Below, piece by piece: positions 20,987 to 29,854 of a stretch of 64,000 nucleotides of DNA (within the stretch, counting starts at the first letter, position 1; the number at the start of each line of letters is the position of its first letter). This DNA is from Phormidesmis sp. GTDB taxonomy: Bacteria; Cyanobacteriota; Cyanobacteriia; Leptolyngbyales; Leptolyngbyaceae. Location of the stretch: positions 1,312,001-1,376,000 of the forward strand of contig CBDFJR010000002.1 of NCBI GenBank assembly GCA_965248535.1. The letters run 5' to 3'. The position numbers were made by a program, and so were the translations under genes. The notes under the pieces were generated by a model that was given only the letters and a program-made list of their open reading frames with translations, was not told the origin of the DNA and ran no database searches.

Positions 20987-20998
20987 ATCGCGCTGCGC

Positions 20999-21835
20999 TT
21001 ACGCCTCTCCTGGATATCGAGCCGTCAGCAGCGATAAAAAGCGCTCATCTTGCCGGAGTTGGTTAAAGTCGGCGTTGGTTTGAGCAATCTCGCGATATTC
21101 GCCAGGGTTGAGTTCGATCGCCCGCTCTAGGTGCTCGAAGGCCAGATCGAGTTCGCCTTGAAGGGCATAGCAGCAGGCTTTGTTATACCAAAGGGTGGGG
21201 GTGTTTGGCTTGAGTTCTAAGGCTCTGTCATAGCTGGCGATCGCGGCTTCGATCTGCCCTAGGTGATAGAGGGCGTTGCCTCGGTTTGTCCACGACTCTT
21301 CAAAATCGGGTTTGAACTCAATCGCTTTGTCGTAGCTGGCCACCACTTTTTCGAGCTTGCCCAATTTGCGAAGGGCCAACCCTCGGCTATACCACGCCCA
21401 GTGATAGTCAGGTTTAAACTCAATGGCCCGATCGTAGCTGTCTACCGCTTCTTGATAGCGCTCTAGGTTTCTCAGTGAGATGCCCCGGTTGTACCACGCC
21501 CAGTAGTAATTGGGTCTGAATTTAATCGCCTGGTCATAGCTGTGGATGGCTTCTTCATAGTGGTAAAGCTCATCTAAGGCGTTGCCCCGGTTATTCCACG
21601 CTTCTGGGAACCCTGGCTGATAGTCGATGGCTTGGTCATAGCTCTCGATCGCCTCTTCATATTTTTTGAGGTGATAGAGAGCATTGCCCCGGTTATACCA
21701 GGCATCAGAGTAATCGGGTTTGAGATTGAGCGCGGCTTCGTAACTGTGGATTGCAGTTTCGTAAGCTTTTGTCTTGTTTAGATACAGTCCCTTCTGAAAG
21801 AAGAAGGTCATCTCAACGTCTTGGGTTTGGCTCAT
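20999..21835 (-). CDS. TPR repeat protein
   Basis: Regular AWYNRGNAL...SYDQAI repeats; WYNKACCYALQG cap. Confidence 0.92.
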   Translation of the reverse strand: MSQTQDVEMTFFFQKGLYLNKTKAYETAIHSYEAALNLKPDYSDAWYNRGNALYHLKKYEEAIESYDQAIDYQPGFPEAWNNRGNALDELYHYEEAIHSYDQAIKFRPNYYWAWYNRGISLRNLERYQEAVDSYDRAIEFKPDYHWAWYSRGLALRKLGKLEKVVASYDKAIEFKPDFEESWTNRGNALYHLGQIEAAIASYDRALELKPNTPTLWYNKACCYALQGELDLAFEHLERAIELNPGEYREIAQTNADFNQLRQDERFLSLLTARYPGEA

Positions 21836-21980
21836 CGCCTGGGTTTGTTTAACCTAAAGTGTCTTCGTTAAGATTCCCAGGACATGAAGCCAATCACCAC
21901 AAAGTGCAAAGAAAATTTATACGACTCGGTGAGGAAAAATCAACAAAGTGTGCATTTTTCTCAAGTTCACCGTCACCGTT

Positions 21981-24917
21981 TTATTTAGTGTCCATCCAAT
22001 TTTGGCCCGCGTGAATTTCAACCAGCAGCGGCACACTTAGCTGAACGGCAGTTTCCATTTGAGATTTGATTTGTGGCTGCAATTCTTCCCACGCATCGGG
22101 GGCGACTTCAAACACCAGTTCGTCATGCACTTGCAGCAACAAACGGGCATCATATCGCTTGAGCAACTCGTGCAGTGTCACCATTGCAATCTTGATAATA
22201 TCGGCACTCGACCCTTGAATCGGGGCGTTAGCGGCGGCTCTCAAAAGCTGTGCGTCGAACTGGTCGCGGGTTTTGACTTTGCTCAAGTCGATCGAGTCAG
22301 GATTGACACCGCGCAACTGCTTGAGCGAGTCGCTGGCAAAGTTGAAATAACGCCGCCGACCGCGAATCGTTTCGACATAGCCGTTGGCGATCGCTTCTCG
22401 CTGCATCTGCTGGAGATAGGCAAACACGCGAGAGTAGCGATCGTTAAACTTTTCAATAAATTCTTTAGCGACCGAAGATTTGACTCCGGCTTCTCTGGCA
22501 AAGCGCTGGGCACCCATGCCATAAATCACGCCGAAGTTGATGATCTTCGCTAACCGCCGTTCTTCAGAACTGATGTCGTCTTTTTCGAGCAATAGTCTAG
22601 CCGTCAGCGTGTGTACGTCCTGATTATTGCGGTAGGTGTCGAGCAACACAGGTTCTTGACTGAGGTGTGCGAGAATTCTCAACTCGATTTGCGAATAGTC
22701 TGCCGCCACCATCAGCCAGCCTTCGGCGGGGATAAAGGCTTTGCGAATCTGACGGCTAAAGGCAGTCCGAATGGGGATGTTTTGCAGGTTGGGGTTAGAC
22801 GACGACAGCCGACCCGTTGAAGTGGCTGCCTGGTTAAAGTCAGTGTGAACCCGATGCGTGTCAGAGCGTACCAGGTTTGGCAACGCATCCACATAGGTTG
22901 ATTTGAGTTTCGAGAGGGTGCGATGTTCGAGAATTAAGTCAACCACGGGATGATCGCCCTGCAACTTCTCTAGCGTTGCTGCATCGGTTGAGAATCCGGT
23001 TTTAATTTTGCGAGATTTCTTGCGATCGAGGCCCAAGCGATCAAATAACAATTCGCTCAATTGTTTGGGAGAGGCGAGACTAAAAGTTTCATCAGCAGAT
23101 TCATAAGCACGTTGCTCTAAGGATTGTAGATCGCGTTCTAACGTTTTTGAGAAAGCGTGTAGATACGATTCATCAATCCGTACTCCGCAGGCTTCGGCTT
23201 CGGCTAAAACGGGTTCTAACGGCTGTTCAACTTCTAACAACAATTGCTGTAGTTGGGGAATCGGTTCGAGTAGCGATCGTAGCTTGGGCACCAGATGAAA
23301 CGTGCTATAAACATCCATACCGCAATAGTCAGCAACGGCCGCAATCTCAATCTCTGGCAGGGTTTTGCCTTTGGTCACGAGGTCGGTGTAGTCGAGCGCT
23401 CGAATGCCTAAATAAGTTTGGCTGAGATCGCCCAGTTTGTGACTGCCTTCGGGATTGATGATGTAGCTGGCCAGCATCGTGTCAAAAACCACGCCAGCGA
23501 GGTGAATGCCCTGAAATCGCAGCACCAAGCGATCGTACTTAGCATTTTGCAATGACTTGGGATAGTTGGCGCTTTCTAAAATCGGCCGCAGGGATTCGAG
23601 TACCAGAGTTTTATCTAAGTTCTTGCCCGACAAATGCCCGATCGGAATGTAAGCCAGCGTGTCTTTTTCGGCAGCCCAACAGCAGCCAATGCCAACTAAA
23701 TTTGCGTCTCGTGGCTCTAGGGATGTGGTTTCGGTATCCCATGCGACGGGAGTTTTTGCATCGGTGCAGGTTTGCAGAATGGCAACCAGTTCGCTGAGTT
23801 TCTCAGGCGTATCGATAATGTGAGGCGAGAGAATAACAGGCTGGATTTTCTCAGCATTGGCCGTGTCTTCGGCACTAAAAAACCACAGATCGTCGCTTTC
23901 GCCATAGCGAGGAGCCGGGTTTTGAATCGGAGCGGTTTCGGCGATCGCCGCGATCGTGCCCTCAGTTTCAGACAACTCGGTGCCATCGCTAAGTTGATAG
24001 CGCCACTTTTTGACCTTGTTGAGAAACGATCGGAACTCAAATTTCTCTAACAGAGCGGTGACGTGTTCTTCATCAAATCCTTGGAGCCTGCACGCGGCGG
24101 GATCGATGTCGATCGGCACATCTAGATGAATCTGCGCCATCCACTGCGAATGACAGGCTGCATCGCGGCCGTCTTCGAGTTTTTTCTTGACGGCTCCTTT
24201 GATTTCGGCGATCGAGTTATAGACGTTTTCTAACGATCCATAGGTCGTGAGCAGTTGCACGGCCGTCTTTTCGCCGATGCCTTTCACACCCGGAATGTTG
24301 TCTGACGGGTCGCCGCACAGCGCTTTAAAGTCCACGACTTGCGACGGCAACACGCCCATTTTGTCTTTGACTTCCTGCACGCCAAACTCTCTCGGCGGCT
24401 GAGTTCCGCGCCCATAAACGGTGCTCATATAGAGAATTTTGATGTGATTTTCGGCATCGACTAGCTGAAATAGATCCCGATCGCCGCTCAGAATCTTGAC
24501 ATCAAATCCTTCTCGCCGGGCTTTGTGGGCCAACGTGCCGATCACGTCATCTGCTTCATAGCCGGGCTTGACGACGATCGGCAGATTCATCGCTCTGAGC
24601 AATTCCTGAAGATTTTCTAAATCGGGGATGAAATCTTCGGGCGTTTCGGGGCGATCGGCTTTATAAGTCTCGTCTGCGTCGTGGCGAAAGGTCGGGCCGC
24701 CTAGGTCGAACGCGATCGCGACATACTCTGGCTTTTCTAACTCGACCGTTTCTAACAGCGCTTTGAGAAACCCATAAGAGACGCTCGTCGGGATGCCCGT
24801 TGAGGTGCGAAGCCCACCGTCTCGCCCTTTGGCAAAGGCAAAATAAGAGCGAAACGCTAGGGAATGACCATCAACAAGAACGATTTTTGGGGGGGTTGTG
24901 GCAGTCAAAGTAGGCAC
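21981..24917 (-). CDS. polA: DNA polymerase I
   Basis: LVDGHSLAFR, GYEADD, DPSDNIPG, TGRLSS..PNLQNIP, DYSQIELR, LQVHDEL; start most likely GTG 24917 (or ATG 24944), not 25181. Confidence 0.96.
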   Translation of the reverse strand: MPTLTATTPPKIVLVDGHSLAFRSYFAFAKGRDGGLRTSTGIPTSVSYGFLKALLETVELEKPEYVAIAFDLGGPTFRHDADETYKADRPETPEDFIPDLENLQELLRAMNLPIVVKPGYEADDVIGTLAHKARREGFDVKILSGDRDLFQLVDAENHIKILYMSTVYGRGTQPPREFGVQEVKDKMGVLPSQVVDFKALCGDPSDNIPGVKGIGEKTAVQLLTTYGSLENVYNSIAEIKGAVKKKLEDGRDAACHSQWMAQIHLDVPIDIDPAACRLQGFDEEHVTALLEKFEFRSFLNKVKKWRYQLSDGTELSETEGTIAAIAETAPIQNPAPRYGESDDLWFFSAEDTANAEKIQPVILSPHIIDTPEKLSELVAILQTCTDAKTPVAWDTETTSLEPRDANLVGIGCCWAAEKDTLAYIPIGHLSGKNLDKTLVLESLRPILESANYPKSLQNAKYDRLVLRFQGIHLAGVVFDTMLASYIINPEGSHKLGDLSQTYLGIRALDYTDLVTKGKTLPEIEIAAVADYCGMDVYSTFHLVPKLRSLLEPIPQLQQLLLEVEQPLEPVLAEAEACGVRIDESYLHAFSKTLERDLQSLEQRAYESADETFSLASPKQLSELLFDRLGLDRKKSRKIKTGFSTDAATLEKLQGDHPVVDLILEHRTLSKLKSTYVDALPNLVRSDTHRVHTDFNQAATSTGRLSSSNPNLQNIPIRTAFSRQIRKAFIPAEGWLMVAADYSQIELRILAHLSQEPVLLDTYRNNQDVHTLTARLLLEKDDISSEERRLAKIINFGVIYGMGAQRFAREAGVKSSVAKEFIEKFNDRYSRVFAYLQQMQREAIANGYVETIRGRRRYFNFASDSLKQLRGVNPDSIDLSKVKTRDQFDAQLLRAAANAPIQGSSADIIKIAMVTLHELLKRYDARLLLQVHDELVFEVAPDAWEELQPQIKSQMETAVQLSVPLLVEIHAGQNWMDTK

Positions 24918-25036
24918 GATCGGGTGAGAAGGACAGACCACCATTGTAGCGAGTCTAGGGTATACACACGGCGTTGCTCGATTCGTCGTGGCTGTGATCT
25001 GGGTAGACACGATTAGGTTCAGGGAGAGATACCAGG

Positions 25037-25267
25037 ACTCGTGAGCGAAGTGCAACAACTCACGATCGAGAGGCAAAGACTCATCAACCAGGCATGGAAA
25101 CTCATGAACCGAGTGCAAAGACTCACGGGAGGCAATCAAGGACTTACAGGAGGCGATCAAAGACTCGCGGGAGACAATCAAGAACTCGCGGGAGAGATAC
25201 AGAGACTCGTCAAAGCAGAGTTAAAACTGGTGAGCGAGAAGATCTTCCTCGTCAATGAGTAGTGATC
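25037..25267. repeat. Degenerate 21-bp tandem array, about 11 units in phase
   Basis: ACTC-like anchor at 25037, 25058, 25079, 25100, 25121, 25142, 25163, 25184, 25205, 25226 and 25247. Confidence 0.85.
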
Positions 25268-25314
25268 CTCAGTTGGGGGGATCGAGAACGGCTTCAGCCC
25301 GATCTCCAATCGCG

Positions 25315-26394
25315 TTACGCAGGTTGAAAATAGAACGCCGCGCCCAAAATCACATAGGTTGCTAACAAGAGTACGCCTTCTAACCAGTTCGATCGTCCGT
25401 CTAGACTAATCAGATTGGCAACGATCACCGCAACAGCGACAGCGACCACTTCAAACGGGTTAAAACTGAGATCCATTGGCTGCCCGATCGCTTGTCCGAC
25501 TAGCACCAACATCGGAGCCATTAATAACGCGACAAGCAAGCTAGAACCCATCGCAACGGATACCGATAGATCCATGTTATTTTTAACCGCAACGCCAACA
25601 GCCGTGACATACTCAGCAGCACCGCCCACCAACGGTAATAAAATCACTCCGGTAAACAGTGGTGTTAATCCTAATCCTTTTGTAGCCTCTTCAACCACGC
25701 CTACAAAAATCTCAGACTCATAGGCAACCGCCACCGTCGAAACGAGCAAAACGCCCAGCCAGAGCCACAGATTAGGCTGGTGAGTGGTGCCATCACTGTC
25801 TGTTTCTAATTCAGAAATGCCGACTTCATATAAATAATTATGAGTTTTGAGCGAGAAGATTAGCGTCATTACATAAACCACGATGAGCACGATCGCCACC
25901 GTCACCGAGAGTTCTTTAACGGGCAGAGTTTCGACTTCTCCAGAAAAATAAAACGCCATTGAGGGCAGCAAAATCGCAATCACCGCCAGCGTCATTGATG
26001 AGCCATTGACTCGCGCCACGATCGGCTTAAATTCTTGCTCTTTAAACCGCAGCCCACCAAAAAACATTGACATCCCCATTGCCAGCAGCAAGTTGCTAAT
26101 AATCGTTCCGGTAATGCTGGCTTTCACGATGTCGATCAGTCCGGCTCTGAGGGCAACTAGTCCAATAATCAGTTCAGTCGCGTTGCCAAACACGGCATTG
26201 AGCAACCCACCCACTGAGGGGCCCGTGACCACCGCCACTTCTTCGGTCGCAGTGCTTAACCAAATCGCTAGGGGCACGATCGCTAGAGCCGAAGTCACAA
26301 AAACCGTCATGCTTCCCCAGTCTAGTTTCTCGGCGGCGATCGAGATCGGCACGAAGATCAGCAACCCGATCGACAAAATCTTTTTAAGGGACAT
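25315..26394 (-). CDS. cax: Ca2+/H+ exchanger (CAX/ChaA)
   Basis: GNATELI, GTIISNLLL, GGAAEY, GSS, NWLEG motifs. Confidence 0.93.
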   Translation of the reverse strand: MSLKKILSIGLLIFVPISIAAEKLDWGSMTVFVTSALAIVPLAIWLSTATEEVAVVTGPSVGGLLNAVFGNATELIIGLVALRAGLIDIVKASITGTIISNLLLAMGMSMFFGGLRFKEQEFKPIVARVNGSSMTLAVIAILLPSMAFYFSGEVETLPVKELSVTVAIVLIVVYVMTLIFSLKTHNYLYEVGISELETDSDGTTHQPNLWLWLGVLLVSTVAVAYESEIFVGVVEEATKGLGLTPLFTGVILLPLVGGAAEYVTAVGVAVKNNMDLSVSVAMGSSLLVALLMAPMLVLVGQAIGQPMDLSFNPFEVVAVAVAVIVANLISLDGRSNWLEGVLLLATYVILGAAFYFQPA

Positions 26395-26433
26395 AGCAAA
26401 TCGCTCAAGGTCAAAAACTATAGCCATCCTAGT

Positions 26434-26453
26434 GTAAGGGCATGGCAGTGCCC
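26434..26453. repeat. Truncated REP-like palindrome, family A
   Basis: GTAA-GGGCATGGCAGTGCCC. Confidence 0.55.
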
Positions 26454-26519
26454 ACTGTCTCAGTCAGTCACCGATAGGATTTAATCTACGATCGTTCAAG
26501 TCTGTAATTTCTCAAGCGG

Positions 26520-27146
26520 TCATCGCTGAACGGGGTGTTGACCATAAAACGGCAGCACCTCTGACCAGTCGCCATAGTCTTTTTTTTGCCAACGCTGGTA
26601 GGCCAGCTTCAGCACAGAAGCGACTCGCTCCCCTTGGTCTGCTTCCGCTTCAATCAATTGGTAGGGCGTGTCCCACGCTGAGAGCCTCTGCTGCCAAGCC
26701 TCCCCAGTCACCACCATTTCTGGCAGCAGCGCCGTTAACCCGTCCGCAGACTTCTGATAGATGGCAGCGTATAGCTCTCCGCGCTGGGCGGGCATTTGAA
26801 CGGCGATCGTGCCTTCAGTTGCAGGATGATCGGCAGCGATCGCCGCTAAACTTGACACCCCTAATAATGGAATCTGCAATTGCTGCGCCAACGTTCTAGC
26901 TGTGACGACTCCGATCCGCGTTCCGGTAAAGCCGCCGGGCCCAGTGGCAACTGCGATAAACGCCAGATCTGACCAAGTTTGGGGAGCTAAAAAATCGGCC
27001 AAAATCTGATGCAGATGAGTGGACAAATCTCGACCTAAGGGCCAAACCTGTTGGCGCGAGTCTGTAGCAAAATTGGCGATCGCTAACCCTAAATCAGGAC
27101 TGCTGGTGTGCAGGGCGATGCCATAAATGGATTGAAGATTTGACAA
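26520..27146 (-). CDS. tsaB: tRNA t6A biosynthesis protein TsaB
   Basis: GPGGFTGTRIG, GVSSL, AQRGELY, P.YGQ.PV. Confidence 0.92.
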   Translation of the reverse strand: MSNLQSIYGIALHTSSPDLGLAIANFATDSRQQVWPLGRDLSTHLHQILADFLAPQTWSDLAFIAVATGPGGFTGTRIGVVTARTLAQQLQIPLLGVSSLAAIAADHPATEGTIAVQMPAQRGELYAAIYQKSADGLTALLPEMVVTGEAWQQRLSAWDTPYQLIEAEADQGERVASVLKLAYQRWQKKDYGDWSEVLPFYGQHPVQR

Positions 27147-27276
27147 GGGAGGGATTGATCTTGGGTGATTTGATCGTCATTGTCTCATTGGAGTTGCCAT
27201 TCTCAAATTTTTTAATCCGCGTTATTAATCTTTTTAGAGTGTGGATTAAATTTTATGCGTGATCGGCATGGGCAAT

Positions 27277-27301
27277 GGGCACGGCAGTGCCGTGCCCGTA
27301 C
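27277..27301. repeat. REP-like palindrome, family A
   Basis: GGGCACGGCAGTGCCGTGCCC-GTAC. Confidence 0.8.
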
Positions 27302-27319
27302 ACAGATCTGGGGGTGGCC

Positions 27320-28738
27320 TTAGTTTGAAAAGATGACCTCTTTCAGTTCTCCTGGTTCTCCAAATACCCGATCGGGCTTTTGATTAAACGAAACCCTCAA
27401 AGCGCCCGCGTTGCCTGCCCGCAGAATAATTTGTCGATCGGCTGTCCAAGTTCTGCGAGTTCCGGCTGCTAAAACGCCCTCAAATTCGAGCTTTCCATCC
27501 ACCTCGATCGCCGCCCAAGTAGAATCAGTCACCCAGATCGAAACCGTGACTGGCTCTTGAGGAACCACGATCGGGTCACGCGGATTCGGGAACTTGACAA
27601 ACCCCGGAGGATGATGACGCGACGACGAAACAGCACTCAAAACGCTGGTCAAAAACACAGGCAAACTCAACACAATCAGCGTCGCCGGAAACGACCAATT
27701 GCTGAGTCTCAAATGTCGGCGCGAAGCCAATCGACTCGTCGCCCGTTTTGAAGTTGTCAAAGGCTTGGCTGGCTCGACATCCAGCGCGATCAAAGGATTC
27801 ACCAAAGCTTCGGCAATGGTTTTCCAGGGCGGCGGCTCAGATTTGGGCACCTCGGCTAACGGCGGAGTCGGTGATAGATCAGCGATCGCCGCCTCCGCCG
27901 ATCGATAGCGGCGATTGGTGGCACTTTCTAAGAGATTATCTAAAACGGTTCCTAAGCGATCGCCGACGGGAGCGGTCAAATAATCACGCCAGATCCATTG
28001 CCCCTCAGTGCCATCAAACAGATCAAACGGGGACATTTGGGTAAGAAGATGAATGCACGTCACGCCCAAACTATAGAGATCGCTAGAAAACTCTGCTTTG
28101 CCTCTAATCTGCTCTGGCGCAGTATATTCAGCACTGCCGATCATCGTCCCCGTTTTGAGCAACGCCGTTCCACTGGCAAATTTCGCCGCTCCTAAATCGA
28201 CTAAAACCAGGCTACGATCGCTCCTACGCCGAATAATATTGGCAGGCTTAACATCGCGATGGATCACATGATGCTGATGAACAAACTGCAAAACAGGCAG
28301 CAAATCTTGCAGGAGTTGATGAATCTGATCTTCAGTAAACGCCCCGGCTGCCAACTCTTGTTCTAACGTCTGTCCATCGATCCATTCTTGGACTAAATAT
28401 TGATGATGATCTTGTTCTAAATAAGCCAGCAGCGCCGGAATTTGGGGGTGATGCCCTAACTGCTCTAGGCGCTGTGCCTCGCGCTCAAAAAGCTGAGACG
28501 CAGTTTTGAGTAGCTTGGAGTCTTGCTGCTGCGGAAAAAACTGTTTAATCACACAGCGAGGTTTTGATGGCTCGGCTTCGTTGACGGCTAAAAACGTTCT
28601 GCCAAACCCGCCTTGAGCGATCGGGTGAATGGCTCGATATTGGGCCTGCAATCGCACGATCGCGCCACAGTGATGACAGATTTCGGCTTCACTGAGATTT
28701 TGCGGGTCGGCGCAGATGGGATTTAAGCAATAGCTCAT
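27320..28738 (-). CDS. Ser/Thr protein kinase (cyanobacterial Pkn2 type) with TM and C-terminal RodZ/DUF4115-like domain
   Basis: MSYCLNP..C Zn ribbon, QGGFGRT, HRDVKPAN, DLG, APEQ; TM segment; W..IEVDGK..FEG.L..G..RTW.A...I.LRAGNAGA. Confidence 0.88.
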   Translation of the reverse strand: MSYCLNPICADPQNLSEAEICHHCGAIVRLQAQYRAIHPIAQGGFGRTFLAVNEAEPSKPRCVIKQFFPQQQDSKLLKTASQLFEREAQRLEQLGHHPQIPALLAYLEQDHHQYLVQEWIDGQTLEQELAAGAFTEDQIHQLLQDLLPVLQFVHQHHVIHRDVKPANIIRRRSDRSLVLVDLGAAKFASGTALLKTGTMIGSAEYTAPEQIRGKAEFSSDLYSLGVTCIHLLTQMSPFDLFDGTEGQWIWRDYLTAPVGDRLGTVLDNLLESATNRRYRSAEAAIADLSPTPPLAEVPKSEPPPWKTIAEALVNPLIALDVEPAKPLTTSKRATSRLASRRHLRLSNWSFPATLIVLSLPVFLTSVLSAVSSSRHHPPGFVKFPNPRDPIVVPQEPVTVSIWVTDSTWAAIEVDGKLEFEGVLAAGTRRTWTADRQIILRAGNAGALRVSFNQKPDRVFGEPGELKEVIFSN

Positions 28739-29010
28739 AGCAACACCCAAACGTTGACAAGACTGTCTTGATCTTAATTCGAGGGGCGCGAACACCTATG
28801 GTGCAGGGAACCTGTGCGCAATCCGCAGAATTTATCTTAGAAGACCTCATCACTCATGCAAACAGCAGCCAACCTTTCTGAATAGTTGAAGCCATCTAAC
28901 GTTCCCAATCAGTGGCGACAGAGATGACCGAAACGAAGCGCAAAGTCTCTGTACATCGGCTGCATTGGGGTTGTGATGCCGCACTTTCACGAGCAACTTT
29001 TTGCACAGGA

Positions 29011-29760
29011 TCACGTTGAGCTTTGTGCAGACTCATTGATTTGCTGTTGGAGTTGTTGAACGTCCTCGATCAATAAACCTGTTGAAGATGCAATGAGATT
29101 GATGTCCACGCCTCCTCGTAAAAGATTGAGCGCGATCGCCCGCGTCTTTTCATCCTGAATGGAACGGTAAATCACAGATTCTTGCATGATGTCCCTCCGC
29201 ACTAAGCTATAAATCACGTCTTCCTCTAATCGTAACCCAGCTAGAATCGCTGAGGCTGCCATCAAATTTGCTTGGGTTGTGGGTTCTTCAATCTGATCCA
29301 CAATTTGAGTTACTTGTCGCAACATCTCGGCTGGATTCTCGCTTTGTCCCAGTGCAGCAAAGGGCAGCAGTCCAGGATACTGAAGAAATAATGAGGCAGG
29401 TTGCTCCCATAGTCGAATGACCTGAAAATCATGACGGGTGTTTTCCAGCATGAAGCTGGTCTGATGTACAAGTTCAGAGGTTGTGGGTTTGAGATAAATC
29501 ACCACTTGCCGCATCGCTTTGTCTTCATAACGTCGATGCCCTCGAACGCGATAATCCAGCATCCGAAATGGAATTTTCTTCTTCGGCAGCGTTTGAAACT
29601 CGATGTGGAGGATGGATTCATCGGATTGGAGCAGAATCATGGCATCGGCTCGAATCGGCTCTAAAGAGAGTTCGGAGGGTTTGAGTTCTGTCATCATGAC
29701 AGGCTCTCCAAGTAGCCAACTTGCGAAGTCGGCGGAGAAGTGTTCGGCAAGTATCGTCAT
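29011..29760 (-). CDS. Rpn family recombination-promoting nuclease / putative transposase (5' end apparently altered)
   Basis: ELSLEPIRAD, LHIEFQT, FRMLDY, MQESVIYRSI. Confidence 0.85.
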   Translation of the reverse strand: MTILAEHFSADFASWLLGEPVMMTELKPSELSLEPIRADAMILLQSDESILHIEFQTLPKKKIPFRMLDYRVRGHRRYEDKAMRQVVIYLKPTTSELVHQTSFMLENTRHDFQVIRLWEQPASLFLQYPGLLPFAALGQSENPAEMLRQVTQIVDQIEEPTTQANLMAASAILAGLRLEEDVIYSLVRRDIMQESVIYRSIQDEKTRAIALNLLRGGVDINLIASSTGLLIEDVQQLQQQINESAQSST

Positions 29761-29854
29761 ACATGAGGAGATTGTACGACTTATGATGCCGATTTAATTA
29801 TGCTCGAATTCAAAGAGAAATTAATTATCTTCACATAAGGTTTTAAGATTTTAA

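Noticed and set aside
24918..25181. 88-aa N-terminal extension of PolA in the ORF track
   Set aside because: It arises from the stop-free 21-bp repeat array. PolA homology starts near KIVLVDGHS, and a TACAAT -10-like box overlaps ATG 24944.
25037..25267. CRISPR array
   Set aside because: The period is 21 bp with only about 4 conserved bases, there is no repeat-spacer structure, and no cas genes are present.
28915..28960. c-di-GMP riboswitch-like GAAA...CGCAAAG
   Set aside because: The supporting stems and the GGCAAA motif are missing, and the orientation is opposite to the neighbouring genes.
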